Made by a program: the position numbers and the translations under genes. From positions 511,847-575,846 of the forward strand of contig JBKBPM010000001.1 of NCBI GenBank assembly GCA_046293175.1: 64,000 bases of DNA, read 5' to 3'. Source of the DNA: Minisyncoccia bacterium (lineage in GTDB: Bacteria; Patescibacteriota; Minisyncoccia; Phycocordibacterales; UBA918). The notes beneath the pieces were generated by a model, which ran no database searches, had not been told where the DNA came from, and worked only from the letters and a program-made list of their open reading frames with translations. Shown one piece after another: positions 30,478 through 41,652 of the stretch (within the stretch, counting starts at the first letter, position 1; each line of letters begins with the position of its first letter).

Positions 30478-31989
30478 ATGCTGATGTATATTGCAGCGAT
30501 CCTCCTCGTCATGGGAGTCACCCTCTACTTCTACCAACAGCGACCGCAGCTCAATGGTGTACTTGCAAAAGTCACCTCAGAGCGTGAAAGCGCCATTGGC
30601 ATCAAAGGAATCGTCATTGGACCGGTACAAATGGTCCTTATCCGTTTCCTCGGTGTGCCCATTATCGCTTTCATCATTTCGGCACTTGTTGGATTGCTGG
30701 TGAGCTTTGTCATCGTTGCTTCGACGACAATGACGCTTTTCAGCGCCAGCCAACTCCTCCTCATCGGCCTTGTGGCTATGATCGGTGGCGGTATCATCAC
30801 CGCTGTGCTCATTTGGCCAGAAACTGATGATGACGGGAAACCGCTGGTTGTACCAACAAACACGGTGGCGCCGCTCACCTTCTTTGGCACCCTCTACCGG
30901 ATTTATCTGCTCGAGGGTGACTATGCCTGGTGGGGACGGAAGCTGTTCTTCAGCCGGTCGAAAGTCGCACTCCGCGACTTTACAACACGGGTAAAAGACG
31001 GTGATGTTGCTGACGGCTTCTTCAAGCGCACGCCCATTCCCTTCAACCTCTACAACGAACGACCGAAAGAAAAGGATGGGAAAACCATCATCGGAAGTTC
31101 GCTCATCGAGGGGGTGGCCAAAGGCGGGAGCCCGGTGAAAGCCGAGCTCCTGACGACATTTGTCAGCTTTGACCCCCATCGCGCTCTCCGCAACGATGAT
31201 CCGGGTCTTGAAATTGCTGAACGTGCTCGTTCGATGTTTCGGACCTGCATCAGCTATTTCACTTCGGTCGACAATGCAGTGGCTAAAGACGCCATGGCAC
31301 ACCTCATCGAAGGCAAGACTATCGTCGTGGCTTTCCTCCTGAAATCGGCCGATCAGCTGGCGGAAGGTTCAATCGTCCGGGACACGGGAGGCGAACCCAC
31401 CTACTTCATTGTCGAAGCGAAGGCAGGCGAAGACCTCAAGAATCCTAAGGATCTGAAGAAGGCGACCGCCAGGACCATTCGGGAGTACAAGAAACATCTC
31501 GATGCGCACCTGACCAAAACGATGCGTGACGCTGTCACCATCGAAGTGGAAAGGGACCAGAAAGATGGCTCAACGACCAAAGAAAAAGAGTATGTCATCG
31601 AAACCCGGTCGGTTGAGATTGGCCTCAACGAAATCCTCGAGAAGAACGGTTTCTACCTGACGTCGGCCTCGGTCGGTCATGTGGAAATCAGCGAGAACCT
31701 GTCTCGCTTGGCGGTGGCTGCTGAAATGCAGACATATGAAAACACCGTCCAGGTAAGGAGTGCCCAAGCGACTGCGGCGGCACTCGAAAAACTGAAGAGT
31801 TCTCCCGAACAGATGAATGACCCCGCCTACCTCGACAAAATCGGTATTGCTGCGGCATCCGATCCGGGAGGCAAGTCGCAATTCATTCGGGCGTCGACCG
31901 ACAACAAGCTTGCCACGGTCGGCGTCGCTGCGGCCGTGGTCAACCAACAACCGTCGCAGAAACCTGCGTCGGAAGCAGCAAAGGACTGA
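30478..31989 (+). CDS. membrane protein with a divergent SPFH/band-7-like domain
   Basis: N-terminal TM helices; DPHRAL..D...IAERARS.FR and GFYL..ASV..VEIS..L resemble SPFH; AAGGA SD. Confidence 0.5.
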   Translation: MLMYIAAILLVMGVTLYFYQQRPQLNGVLAKVTSERESAIGIKGIVIGPVQMVLIRFLGVPIIAFIISALVGLLVSFVIVASTTMTLFSASQLLLIGLVAMIGGGIITAVLIWPETDDDGKPLVVPTNTVAPLTFFGTLYRIYLLEGDYAWWGRKLFFSRSKVALRDFTTRVKDGDVADGFFKRTPIPFNLYNERPKEKDGKTIIGSSLIEGVAKGGSPVKAELLTTFVSFDPHRALRNDDPGLEIAERARSMFRTCISYFTSVDNAVAKDAMAHLIEGKTIVVAFLLKSADQLAEGSIVRDTGGEPTYFIVEAKAGEDLKNPKDLKKATARTIREYKKHLDAHLTKTMRDAVTIEVERDQKDGSTTKEKEYVIETRSVEIGLNEILEKNGFYLTSASVGHVEISENLSRLAVAAEMQTYENTVQVRSAQATAAALEKLKSSPEQMNDPAYLDKIGIAAASDPGGKSQFIRASTDNKLATVGVAAAVVNQQPSQKPASEAAKD

Positions 31990-31991
31990 CC

Positions 31992-33356
31992 ATGAAAGCG
32001 GTACTCGCAAGCACAAACACCAAACTGCAAGGTCTGGTGCAATCGAAGTGGATGGTCTTGGGCCTGCTTGGCCTCGGCATCATCCTGCTCATCCTCAATC
32101 TTTTTGTCGGGGGCGATTCCGCCCCCGTGAATCCGACGACAGTGGAAGCGCCGGCCGTTGATGCGGTTGAAGCACCTGCTGCTCCAGCGATCGACCTCGA
32201 GGTGAATACGGAAGGTTTCTTCGCCTCCATCGGTGAAGGAAACTTCTGGCTTGCAATGACCATCATTTTGGCGATTCTCATGACCGCCAACTGGGCTAGC
32301 AAGCTCATGAAAGAACCACCGGCAAAAGTCTTCGACAAGGCCAGCAAAACCTGGGTGGAAAATAAGAACACCAACCCAGTACCTCGCTTCAAGGCAAGCT
32401 TTGTCTGGCTCATCGCCGGCGTGCTCATGGTCGTCGTCGGATTGTGGGGAATCTACCCTGCCTTCTTCGGCGAAAACAACGAAATCTCCGAAATCTTCGG
32501 TGAACTCGGACTCTTTGACATCATCGCCGTCGGCGCGATCGCCATCACGCTCGTCGTCGGTGCTGTCAAATACATGGGGATTGCCGGCAATGCTTCTGCC
32601 TACTTCTTCATGGTGGGGTGGGTTCTCCTCGTGTTTTTCGCCATCCTCTACCTGATTGGTATCTTCCTTGCCCCTGATGCGACTACTCTCATCATCGAGG
32701 CCGTCAAGAACGATGCACAAAGCGCCGCTGCGAGCATCGTCGAAACGACCGAAGAGACCAGCTCTATCAAATGGGAGGCACTCTTCGACCCTGAGACCTG
32801 GACAAACATCGCCATCATCGCCATCCTCACATTGGCGCCGGTGGTGGTGTTCCACCAATACATCTCAAAGAACAAGCTGGTGGTGGTGCCGGTCGCCATC
32901 GTGGCAATGATGATTCTGTTCGGCAGCATCTACAAGATACTGATCGAATACGAACCGGCACGAGAGGTCATTGAAGACGTGAGCGGCGCCCTTGGCGCCG
33001 CTAACGAAAAGTTCAACCCGACCCTGGGCGAAAGTCTGAGCCTTCGGCTCTATAAAGATGATCTCGGGCGAGCCAGCACGATTTCGCTCGGGATGCACGA
33101 TGACTTGACTGTCTTTGTGCCCGAAGACGGCTATGCCCTCTGTATCGACGCAAGCGCAAGCTTCAAACGCCGTTACGAGGATCGCGGCTGGTTTGACCCG
33201 ACCCATGTGGTCGATATCACCAGCTACAACCGGAACATGGCCAACCGCCTCACAGTGGCAGAAGCCATGAAGCCGGGGCTCAAGGCCGAAGGCATCGAGC
33301 GGGTTACCTACACCATCATCCTCATGAGGACCGGTGGTGTCTGTAACCCTCAGTGA
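31992..33356 (+). CDS. multi-pass membrane hypothetical protein
   Basis: 454 aa with several TM helices; starts 2 nt after the upstream stop. Confidence 0.7.
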   Translation: MKAVLASTNTKLQGLVQSKWMVLGLLGLGIILLILNLFVGGDSAPVNPTTVEAPAVDAVEAPAAPAIDLEVNTEGFFASIGEGNFWLAMTIILAILMTANWASKLMKEPPAKVFDKASKTWVENKNTNPVPRFKASFVWLIAGVLMVVVGLWGIYPAFFGENNEISEIFGELGLFDIIAVGAIAITLVVGAVKYMGIAGNASAYFFMVGWVLLVFFAILYLIGIFLAPDATTLIIEAVKNDAQSAAASIVETTEETSSIKWEALFDPETWTNIAIIAILTLAPVVVFHQYISKNKLVVVPVAIVAMMILFGSIYKILIEYEPAREVIEDVSGALGAANEKFNPTLGESLSLRLYKDDLGRASTISLGMHDDLTVFVPEDGYALCIDASASFKRRYEDRGWFDPTHVVDITSYNRNMANRLTVAEAMKPGLKAEGIERVTYTIILMRTGGVCNPQ

Positions 33357-33480
33357 TGCGAGCCGTCGAATGAAACGATCGGCCCGACATCACCTGTTCT
33401 TTTGCGCCTCGAAGGCGCACCACGCAGCGAACCCCTCCGTCAGTCTATCGACGGTGGGGTTCTTTTTTTATATGTCGGTA

Positions 33481-33873
33481 TTAGCAGGGACCAGAACCGG
33501 TACAAGGAGGCGGTACGTAGAGGGAAGCATCAATACAATTAGCGTTAAGTGGGTCACTCGCACAATCTAACGTATCTTGTAGACCAAAAGTCCCAGCGGC
33601 AATACCAAGGATACTGTAAGCCACGAGCATAATAAACATCCCCACTATCCCCCAGAGAATATGCATCTGGCCAGTCTCACGGGCACTACTTTCGGCACTG
33701 TGGCTGATGTACTCGTAGCAGCCGTAGAGGAAGATGAGGAGCGCAAGCCCCATCAAAAGCATTATCAGCGGGTATAAAATTACTTCATTGAGTCGCTCAA
33801 CAAAGTTATAAGCTTCACGCATACCGGGTGTTGGTCCTTGAGCGTACGCAATTGATACAAAAAATCCAAACAT
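33481..33873 (-). CDS. pilin-like protein (CPR VirB2/TrbC type)
   Basis: LLIFLYG..YI.......RETG..HILWGIVGMFIM pattern. Confidence 0.7.
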   Translation of the reverse strand: MFGFFVSIAYAQGPTPGMREAYNFVERLNEVILYPLIMLLMGLALLIFLYGCYEYISHSAESSARETGQMHILWGIVGMFIMLVAYSILGIAAGTFGLQDTLDCASDPLNANCIDASLYVPPPCTGSGPC

Positions 33874-33934
33874 AAACAACAACAGTATAACACAAAAGCC
33901 CCGCGAGGGGCTTTTGTGTAGACTGTGTTTGGTA

Positions 33935-34312
33935 CTAGTTACCAAGAGTTGGCACCTCTGGAGTAGTGTCCAGTGAATCTTCAAGACCAAGACCATTTGA
34001 GAGAATGTTCACAATACCCCAAAAGGCGAGAATAACTACATATCCAGCAATGGCGTACATGATGAGACTGCGGCCATTTTCCTTGGCTTCTTCGTTTGCA
34101 CCACCACGAATGAAGTAGTTAAACATTCCCCACACAAACATGAGGAAACCGATGGCCAGAATAAATGGAATAACATAGCCACTAATGAAAGCAAGGATGG
34201 CTGTCATTGCGCCACCAATATCTCCACCATCGCCGCCATTGAGTACAGCTGCAGAGGCTGGAAAAGCCACCGCGAGGCTAGCCAATACAACAAGAGAAAG
34301 GAATGATTTCAT
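33935..34312 (-). CDS. pilin-like protein
   Basis: FVWGMFNYF..G.NEEAKENGRSLIMYAIAG..VILAFWGIV pattern. Confidence 0.75.
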   Translation of the reverse strand: MKSFLSLVVLASLAVAFPASAAVLNGGDGGDIGGAMTAILAFISGYVIPFILAIGFLMFVWGMFNYFIRGGANEEAKENGRSLIMYAIAGYVVILAFWGIVNILSNGLGLEDSLDTTPEVPTLGN

Positions 34313-34440
34313 ATGATTCTAAATACGATAAAAGAAGCGGATATGTATGCTTCATATATTATTATACACGAAAAGTAAGATTTTTAAAGGGTTTCAATCC
34401 CGGGTGTGCAAAAGTTACATGAACAACAGTAATTAATCAC

Positions 34441-34651
34441 AAGTCTTCAAAAAAAGAACAGTAGCGAGGCGCGAAAGCGAAGAAATGTGAGATGTGAAGA
34501 AACACGGGGCGTTTCTGCAAGACTCATTGAGCATTTTGCGAATGAAATGATGCAAAAGGCCAATGAGTGGACAGTTTCTGTAAGAAACTTTTGTATGATG
34601 AACGTTTCTGATGCGAACCGCAACCAAGCTAATGACTTTTTATGGAGACTT
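34441..34651 (+). mobile_element. MITE-like element (core C) with a nested core A' element
   Basis: TIR AAGTCTTCAAAAAAAG/CTTTTTATGGAGACTT; inner GCAAGACTCATTG...CCAATGAGTGGACAG (from 34517). Confidence 0.6.
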
Positions 34652-34900
34652 TTAATTGCCGGTAAGAAGAGCGAGTATCCCCCAAATCGATACCATGATA
34701 ATCATCACCACCACGGCCGTGATAGCTATTGTCGTACCCTCCTCACGCTTACTTGGATCATCAGCATGAATGACCCAGGCGTCTATCATCTTCCACAGTA
34801 CAACGAGGAAGGCAATGGCAAAGATGAAGGTGATAGCCAGATTAACAAACTCCAAAAAGAAGCTTACTAGTCCAGCGAAGTCTGTCGGGGTGGAGTCCAT
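34652..34900 (-). CDS. pilin-like protein
   Basis: Two TM helices with a DPSKREEG linker; SIWGIL. Confidence 0.7.
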   Translation of the reverse strand: MDSTPTDFAGLVSFFLEFVNLAITFIFAIAFLVVLWKMIDAWVIHADDPSKREEGTTIAITAVVVMIIMVSIWGILALLTGN

Positions 34901-34921
34901 AATAATTACACAGGCTCCACC

Positions 34922-35308
34922 TTAGGCGGCGAAACTGTCAACGGTATTCCTGATAATTTCTGCAATAGCAACCGCTGCAAGAATGAGTACTCCGCCGATG
35001 ATTGCGTAGGTGAAGGTGGTGGTGGCTTCTTCGATCTGTCTCGGATTACCCTGCGCGGTTACGTACTTAAAGCCAGCCAAGATGATAAAGAGAACAATAA
35101 TCGGAATCATGAGCACCATAAAGATGTTGAGGATGGCGATAAGCAGTTCCTCGATAGAGTTTACGCGGAGTGGGTTATCGAGAGTGACTGGTTCAATCGA
35201 AGGAGTACCACCTGTAGTTTGCTGAGCCTGCACATAGGTAGTTAAAAAACCAAAAAAGAGAGTGGGAAGACACATAACCAAGAAACCAATTTTTTGAAGT
35301 ATACTCAT
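34922..35308 (-). CDS. pilin-like protein (TrbC/VirB2 family)
   Basis: NPL, IILAGFKYVTAQGNP..IEEA....YAIIG pattern. Confidence 0.8.
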   Translation of the reverse strand: MSILQKIGFLVMCLPTLFFGFLTTYVQAQQTTGGTPSIEPVTLDNPLRVNSIEELLIAILNIFMVLMIPIIVLFIILAGFKYVTAQGNPRQIEEATTTFTYAIIGGVLILAAVAIAEIIRNTVDSFAA

Positions 35309-35330
35309 ATCTACGGTACTAAATGCATTA

Positions 35331-36632
35331 CTAATACTCCTGACTCATCCGTCCGACCGCATCCTGGGCTGCTTCACCTGGCCGGCTGCGATTCGCGAGG
35401 ATATCTTCTACCATCTGCGTGAAGATACTGTCAACCACGCGGGGTGTTGGCGATAACCAGCCGCGAGCAACCACCGCTGAGGCGTAAATAATTCTACCAT
35501 AGGTATCACCCGAACCGGCCGCGAGTGAAGATCGATGCGCTGGTGCCATCCCAAGATAATCCGCCATCGACTTAGAAAAATCAGATCCGCCAATGAGTTG
35601 CATTGCAAGATACGCTCCTGATTTGTTATTGGAAGACTTCAACAGCGAGAGACCATAAAATGTTCCATACGTGCGGCGAACCGTAGCAGCGGCACCCTGT
35701 GGTACTTCGGCGATATCGAAGTTGAGGTTTGGATTTTGAGCAGCGAGATCACGGGCTTCACTACCCTTCCCAAAATAGAGAATGAGATCTTCAGACAGAA
35801 AGGCATCCCGATCAGTAGGTTTGGCACGGTTCCAACTGTAGAGAGGGTTACTTGGACTCGCAAAATTGGTGTAGAAGGTCACCGCGGCTTCGAGTGGCAT
35901 TCGGCTCCGGTCTGGCGTCTGATTCAGACTCATAATATAGCGGTCGTCTGAACCTTCACTGACAAGACTACTGCCACCTTGGATCGTAAGCATCGAAAGA
36001 ATGAGTCCGGCATTGGTCACATTACGGTACTCACCAAAAGCAATGGGACTTAAGGTAATATTGCGATTAAAATCACGCTCAACAAAGGTCGGAACGATAT
36101 CGTTCACAATTGATTCCCATGTACGCGGAGCTGCGAGGACATTTTTACTTGAGAGAATATCCCGATTCCAGTACATCACCAGAGGGTCAATCGCAATTGG
36201 GTAACCATACACACCATCTGTCATTGCCCAAATCTCGGCCCCGTCAATGTAGAGGTTTTTAAAATCGCGGGCAGGAAAATTGTCGTACGGAATTGGTTGG
36301 ATTTTACTCCGGTACGACACCAATTCCTCGTGTGGCAATAAGAGGAGGTCGGGGCCACGTCCTTCAGCCAAAGCATTGAGCACCTCACTATCAAATGTAT
36401 CTCTACTCATCTCTTTGTATTGGATTGAACGATACGCCGGGTTGACTTTTATAATTGGTGCCATCACCGTATTAAAAGCATCATCAGGAAGAGTCCCCCA
36501 GATTTCTACGGTACCAAGCGCTACTTTGGTTGTATCAGCCGGTGGTGTATAGGTCGCTAAAAGACCAAGCGCTAACAGGCCTAAGAGACCAAAGCCGAGG
36601 ACAAGAAATAATTCAAAAGGTCTAAGTTTCAT
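35331..36632 (-). CDS. extracellular solute-binding protein (carbohydrate ABC family)
   Basis: EIWG, LAEGRGPDL, YGYPIAIDPLVMYWNRD motifs. Confidence 0.85.
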   Translation of the reverse strand: MKLRPFELFLVLGFGLLGLLALGLLATYTPPADTTKVALGTVEIWGTLPDDAFNTVMAPIIKVNPAYRSIQYKEMSRDTFDSEVLNALAEGRGPDLLLLPHEELVSYRSKIQPIPYDNFPARDFKNLYIDGAEIWAMTDGVYGYPIAIDPLVMYWNRDILSSKNVLAAPRTWESIVNDIVPTFVERDFNRNITLSPIAFGEYRNVTNAGLILSMLTIQGGSSLVSEGSDDRYIMSLNQTPDRSRMPLEAAVTFYTNFASPSNPLYSWNRAKPTDRDAFLSEDLILYFGKGSEARDLAAQNPNLNFDIAEVPQGAAATVRRTYGTFYGLSLLKSSNNKSGAYLAMQLIGGSDFSKSMADYLGMAPAHRSSLAAGSGDTYGRIIYASAVVARGWLSPTPRVVDSIFTQMVEDILANRSRPGEAAQDAVGRMSQEY

Positions 36633-37177
36633 AGTTTTCGAAATGAGACACCATAGTGGTAACTACCAGCTGGGTACTCGCGTTCGTAAATAAAGTAGTT
36701 GGCTTCAAAGAGATCAATGGTGATATCACGCGGTCGCACCATCTCTGGTGTTGGACCAAGGCCATCAAAACTATCTATCCAGTCAACGACGTATACAATA
36801 CCATGTGGACGTAAGGTTCGATACACTTCAGCTATGGCAGCAGCGAGGTCTTCGATCTGGTAGAGGGTGTTAATAATCACCACAAAGTCAGCTGCCGCAT
36901 CGGGCAAATTTGTGCCGCCACGACTGGTAGCGTCTGCCCACACCACCTCAACATTATCGTAACCAAGCTCACGAGCACGCTTATAGAGTGAATTAACCAG
37001 CGGTCGCTGTACCTCCACCGCAATTACCTTGCCAGCCGAACCAACCTTACGGGCGAGGTGCGGGATGTACACACCTTGGCCAGCGCCATAATCAACCACC
37101 ACCGAACCTGGCTCGATGTGAAAGTGTGAGGACACGAGACGTGGCTCCAAAAAGCGCGGCAGTGTCACTGATTCCAT
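36629..37177 (-). CDS. class I SAM-dependent methyltransferase
   Basis: VVDYGAGQG, DFVVIINTLYQ, HYG motifs. Confidence 0.85.
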   Translation of the reverse strand: MESVTLPRFLEPRLVSSHFHIEPGSVVVDYGAGQGVYIPHLARKVGSAGKVIAVEVQRPLVNSLYKRARELGYDNVEVVWADATSRGGTNLPDAAADFVVIINTLYQIEDLAAAIAEVYRTLRPHGIVYVVDWIDSFDGLGPTPEMVRPRDITIDLFEANYFIYEREYPAGSYHYGVSFRKL

Positions 37178-37338
37178 ACTTCTAGTATACAGCCTGGCTG
37201 CACCGACTTTTCCTACCTCTGGGGATGTGCAAAACACCAACGACGTAAACAAAAAGCGCCCGTCGGGCGCTTTTTGTACATTCTTTTCAAAACAGATGGA
37301 TAGCGAGGCGTGAGAAAAAATTATGAGGAGGTGTCAGA

Positions 37339-37460
37339 GGAAGTCAGAAATTGCTTCAAGAGCAAGGCGACAAACAAAAAAAGCGACGAGGTGTACTGGT
37401 TTGTACTTTGAGTCGCTTTTTTGTGCAGTCAACGCTGCTATTGGACAATTTATGACTTTC
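37339..37460 (+). mobile_element. MITE-like element (core C)
   Basis: TIR GGAAGTCAGAAATTG/CAATTTATGACTTTC abutting the gyrA stop; centre GAGGTGTAC-n6-GTACTTTGAG. Confidence 0.65.
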
Positions 37461-39931
37461 TAAACGAAGACGATTGAGGCTATTGAATCGCCAGCCCTCA
37501 TCTTCATCACCCGCACTCCTTGCGTATCACGCCCTAGGGTCGGCACGTCCTTCAGCGGCAGCTTGATTACCTGGCCTTTCTTGCTCATGATAACAAGCTC
37601 ACCTTCGGCACGCTCTTCTGGATTAAGCACAATTGCACCAACTACCACGCCGGTCTTATCGGTCACTTTGGCAGTCTTGATACCCGATCCACCACGGTTT
37701 TGGACCTTGTATTCCTTAATTGGTGTCGTCTTACCGTAACCATCTTCGGTCACGACAAGGATCTCGGCCTTGTTGTCACCCTTCTTTACCACATCGGCGG
37801 AAACAACAACATCACCCTTTCCAAGCTTCATACCAGCGACACCGGCAGCAATACGACCCATTTCGCGAACATCACTCTCCTTAAAGCGAATGGATTGCCC
37901 TTTCTTGGTCACCAGCGAAATATCATCACCTTTACCCACAAACTTGGCTGCAATAAGTGAATCATCTTCCTTGAGGTTAATAGCGATCAGGCCACTACGA
38001 CGCACATCCTTGAAGGCAGCGGCGTCAGACTTCTTTGCGACACCATTTTTGGTAATCATCATGAGACTCCAATCGCCTGCCCATTCTTCTTTGCGGACCG
38101 CGAGCACTGAGGTCACGCGCTCGTCTTGCGTCATCGCAAGGAAATTCATGATTGACTTGCCCTTCGTCGCGCGGCGACCTTCTGGGATTTCGTACATCTT
38201 ACTCTGATAGACTTTGCCCTTATCAGTGAAGAAAAGGAGGTCGCTATGAGCAGAGGTAGTGATGAGGTTTGTTACCACGTCTTCTTCTTTGGTACTGAGG
38301 TCAATCACCCCTACGCCACCACGTTTTTGGGTGCGGTATTCCTCGGGGTTGGTACGCTTGACGTAACCACCTTGGGTGAGCACCAGCACACTCTCATTGT
38401 CCGCAATAAGATCCTCCTGACTCATCATCTTGACCCCACCCTTCACAATCTTGGTGCGACGATCGTCACCGTACTTTTCGGCCACCTCAAGGAGCTCTGT
38501 CTTCACGAGACCGAGCATCTTAGCCTTACTCTTGAGAATTGCTTCAAGTTCCTTAATGAGCTTCTGCACTTCCTTGAGCTCGTCTTCAATCTTCTTGCGT
38601 TCGAGGCCAGCGAGCTTCTGGAGACGCATATCGAGAATCGCCTGCGCCTGGATGGCCGAGAATTTGAACTGCTTCATGAGGCCAGCATGCGCCGTTGGCA
38701 CATCTTTGGCAGCTCGGATGAGTTTGATAATTGCATCAATATGATCAAGTGCCTTCTTGAGACCAAGGAGGATATGTTCACGGTCTTGCGCCTTCGTGAG
38801 GTCGTATTGGGTACGGCGGCGAATCACCTCAACGCGATGCTTCACGTATTCTTCAAGAATAAGCTTTAGGGACACCGTCTGTGGAATACCATCAACGAGC
38901 GCCACCATATTGTAGTGGAAGGTTTCCTCGAGTTGGGTGTGTTTGTAGAGCTTATTGAGGATCGTCTGCGGCTGAGCCCCACTCTTGAGTTCAATCACGA
39001 CTCGAATGTCGTTGGTTGATTCATCACGCATTTCGCGGATACCTTCAATTTTCTTTTCGCGAACGAGATCCGCAATCTTTTCTTGCAAGTCGGCCTTGTT
39101 CACACGGAATGGAATTGAAGTAATGATGATACTGAAGTTACCTTTTTTATCTTCTACGATTTCCGCTTCACCGCGTACAACAACCCCACCTTTACCGTGA
39201 GTGTAAGCATGAGAAATATCCTTTTGATTAAAGACGACCGCTCCCATCGGAAAGTCTGGTCCTTTAATGAACTTAAGGAGGTCGTCGGTAGTCGCGTCTG
39301 GGTTATCGACAAGATGTTCAACCGCAGCGGCAATTTCTCGGAGGTTGTGGGGCGGAATATTCGTCGCCATACCCACCGCAATACCAAGAGACCCGAGAAG
39401 GAGTAGGTTTGGTACAGCTGCTGGTAATACGACCGGTTCTTTCTTTGTACCATCGTAGTTTGGTCGCCAATCAACGGTGTCCTTTTCGAGGTCACGCAAC
39501 ATCTCTTCAGCCAAACGAGACATCTTCGCCTCAGTGTATCGATACGCAGCCGCACCATCACCGTCGATGGAGCCAAAGTTTCCTTGGCCAAGCACCAGTG
39601 GATAACGCGTCGCAAATGGTTGCGCAAGCTTTACCATCGCCTCGTATACCGAGGCGTCTCCATGGGGGTGGAAGCTACCGAGTACGTCTCCCACTACCGT
39701 CGCTGATTTCTTGAACTTGGCACTCGCCGTAAGACCATTGAGACGCATTGAGTAGAGAATACGGCGGTGGACAGGCTTCAGACCATCACGAATATCTGGC
39801 AAGGCTCGTGACGTGATCACGGACATCGCATAGTCGAGGTATGCTCGCTCCATTTCGCCCGTGATTCCCTGCGTCACAATCCCTCGTTCCGGGAATGGCA
39901 TGGTGTCAGCAACTTCAGTCTTTTTTGGCAT
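37460..39931 (-). CDS. gyrA: DNA gyrase subunit A
   Basis: [28 protein letters not shown], GyrA-box QKRGGVG. Confidence 0.97.
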   Translation of the reverse strand: MPKKTEVADTMPFPERGIVTQGITGEMERAYLDYAMSVITSRALPDIRDGLKPVHRRILYSMRLNGLTASAKFKKSATVVGDVLGSFHPHGDASVYEAMVKLAQPFATRYPLVLGQGNFGSIDGDGAAAYRYTEAKMSRLAEEMLRDLEKDTVDWRPNYDGTKKEPVVLPAAVPNLLLLGSLGIAVGMATNIPPHNLREIAAAVEHLVDNPDATTDDLLKFIKGPDFPMGAVVFNQKDISHAYTHGKGGVVVRGEAEIVEDKKGNFSIIITSIPFRVNKADLQEKIADLVREKKIEGIREMRDESTNDIRVVIELKSGAQPQTILNKLYKHTQLEETFHYNMVALVDGIPQTVSLKLILEEYVKHRVEVIRRRTQYDLTKAQDREHILLGLKKALDHIDAIIKLIRAAKDVPTAHAGLMKQFKFSAIQAQAILDMRLQKLAGLERKKIEDELKEVQKLIKELEAILKSKAKMLGLVKTELLEVAEKYGDDRRTKIVKGGVKMMSQEDLIADNESVLVLTQGGYVKRTNPEEYRTQKRGGVGVIDLSTKEEDVVTNLITTSAHSDLLFFTDKGKVYQSKMYEIPEGRRATKGKSIMNFLAMTQDERVTSVLAVRKEEWAGDWSLMMITKNGVAKKSDAAAFKDVRRSGLIAINLKEDDSLIAAKFVGKGDDISLVTKKGQSIRFKESDVREMGRIAAGVAGMKLGKGDVVVSADVVKKGDNKAEILVVTEDGYGKTTPIKEYKVQNRGGSGIKTAKVTDKTGVVVGAIVLNPEERAEGELVIMSKKGQVIKLPLKDVPTLGRDTQGVRVMKMRAGDSIASIVFV

Positions 39932-40019
39932 AACAGAACAGCGGGTCTTTTAACGATAAATAACGGCATTAGTATAACATAAATTAGAACACATCAACTA
40001 ACCCTATCTCCGTGATTAC

Positions 40020-40180
40020 CTGCGTCGTAATACGTTCACCGTACAATCAAGTACGCCTCGTATTATCGTTCATTGCCTTCTTAGAGTAGCTGTCCAATCA
40101 TTGGTCTATTTGCTTCGCAAAGCTCCCAAATATACACAATGAGTCTTGCGAAAAGTACCCCATACTTTTCTCAACTAGGA
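40020..40180 (-). repeat. composite core A' plus core C repeat element
   Basis: Minus strand reads GCAAGACTCATTG...CCAATGATTGGACAG, then GAGGCGTACTTGATTGTACGGTGAA. Confidence 0.55.
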
Positions 40181-40209
40181 TACAGAGTCATTTGTAGCGT
40201 TCTAAGCAA

Positions 40210-40596
40210 CTATTGTGTTGTTGTAGACGCTGAGGTGGTACCAATAAGGATAGGGGTCGGAACTGGAGTTGGTTCGGTACTGGTCGAAATCAAGGTACGA
40301 ATATCAATCATCTCTGGTGATGTGGTAGCAGGTGTAGTGGTCGGCATCGTGCTCACAATTGCGCCAGCTTGTTGGCGGAGGTTTGAAAATTGATCTCGAA
40401 AGCCCGTCCACAGACCAGCGAAGGGTTTAGTACCTTCGCTTTGGGCCAGTGCTTCGGTACTACTAAACCGTGCCGGAAGGGTAAGTGTCCAAACCCCACC
40501 AACAAGCAAGGTAAAAGAGAGTGCCGTCAAAAAAGCTACCCGCTGCCGTACGGCTTTTGGTTTTTGGCGCAAATTATCCAAAGTACGAAATAACAT
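40210..40596 (-). CDS. membrane-anchored hypothetical protein
   Basis: LRQKPKAVRQRVAF plus one TM helix; Thr/Pro-rich tail. Confidence 0.65.
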   Translation of the reverse strand: MLFRTLDNLRQKPKAVRQRVAFLTALSFTLLVGGVWTLTLPARFSSTEALAQSEGTKPFAGLWTGFRDQFSNLRQQAGAIVSTMPTTTPATTSPEMIDIRTLISTSTEPTPVPTPILIGTTSASTTTQ

Positions 40597-40642
40597 AAAT
40601 ACGAGTAGGTTGGCGGCGGGCCTACGGCCCGCCGCTCAGAGA

Positions 40643-41263
40643 TTAAACGGTGAGCACGGCGATATCCCCCTCCATCTCATTCACATCCTTCTTCTTCAAA
40701 GTCAGCTTATCAACCGGCGATACTCCTTCGGCACCAGCTTCTTTAAGAAAAGCCTTAAGCGCTGCTGCATCATAGTGCATCGGGATAATCAAACGGGCTT
40801 CAAGCTTGAGGGCCAGCTTCGCAGCCTGCGGTACTTCAAGCACGTCCCCGCCCCCAATTGGGATAAAGAGAATATCAATGTCACCAAACTCAGCGAGGAT
40901 CTTTGGGTCAATCTCTGGGTCTCCGAGCGCACCCAGGAATACCATATTCATTTCCTCAAGGCGGACCTGGTAGATGGTGTTGTAGTATTCACCGCCATCA
41001 TACTTGGTCTTCACCCCATAGCCACGGGCAGTCACGGTACCAATCTCGTATTCACCTGGACCCTGCACGACAAACGGTTCTTTGCTGCCATGTGAGGCAT
41101 TTTCTACCCCATTGAAGTTTGGATGATTAAGTGAGACAAAGGCGACATCAGCCCCAAACTTCACCGCATTTAATTTTGATGATTTTGCAATTGGATCAAA
41201 CGCCAGTGTGGTGTCCCCAAAGGACACCTTAAAGCACTGCCCTCCCTGATATGTGATAACCAT
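40643..41263 (-). CDS. MBL-fold metallo-hydrolase-like protein (degenerate metal motif)
   Basis: ITYQG..CFK, GPGEYEI, DILFIPIGG, IIPMHY motifs. Confidence 0.85.
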   Translation of the reverse strand: MVITYQGGQCFKVSFGDTTLAFDPIAKSSKLNAVKFGADVAFVSLNHPNFNGVENASHGSKEPFVVQGPGEYEIGTVTARGYGVKTKYDGGEYYNTIYQVRLEEMNMVFLGALGDPEIDPKILAEFGDIDILFIPIGGGDVLEVPQAAKLALKLEARLIIPMHYDAAALKAFLKEAGAEGVSPVDKLTLKKKDVNEMEGDIAVLTV

Positions 41264-41505
41264 AGTGGCACTAGTATACAAGAGAACGAATGAAAATGAA
41301 AAGTTATTGCTGCCTCGCAAGGCAATGTCCTGCTCACAGCAGTGCTTGCTAAAATTAAAATCAAGAAATATCGTAATCCGTACCGCCGATTTTTTGCACC
41401 AAGCGCGAACCCGGGTCCTCAAGACCGACGTTCGTGGACGAACCTATCGTCCGACTGGTGCCTAGTTTCTGGCGGTGTTTGCGAAACGGGAATAAGGAGA
41501 CATCC

Positions 41506-41652
41506 ATGCCCGATTCGATTGACCGCGGCCATATCCGCGGTTCCCCCGCTGGCGGACACGTCAGCAACCACGGCCACATCGGTTCCTTCGCGTCGCCTTC
41601 GACGATGGACCAGGCCGAATTCGCCACCCCGACGGGAGGTGTCGTGATCTGA
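41506..41652 (+). CDS. possible small peptide (48 aa)
   Basis: Strong SD TAAGGAG upstream; Gly/His-rich MPDSIDRGHIRGSPAGGHVSNHGHIG... Confidence 0.3.
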   Translation: MPDSIDRGHIRGSPAGGHVSNHGHIGSFASPSTMDQAEFATPTGGVVI

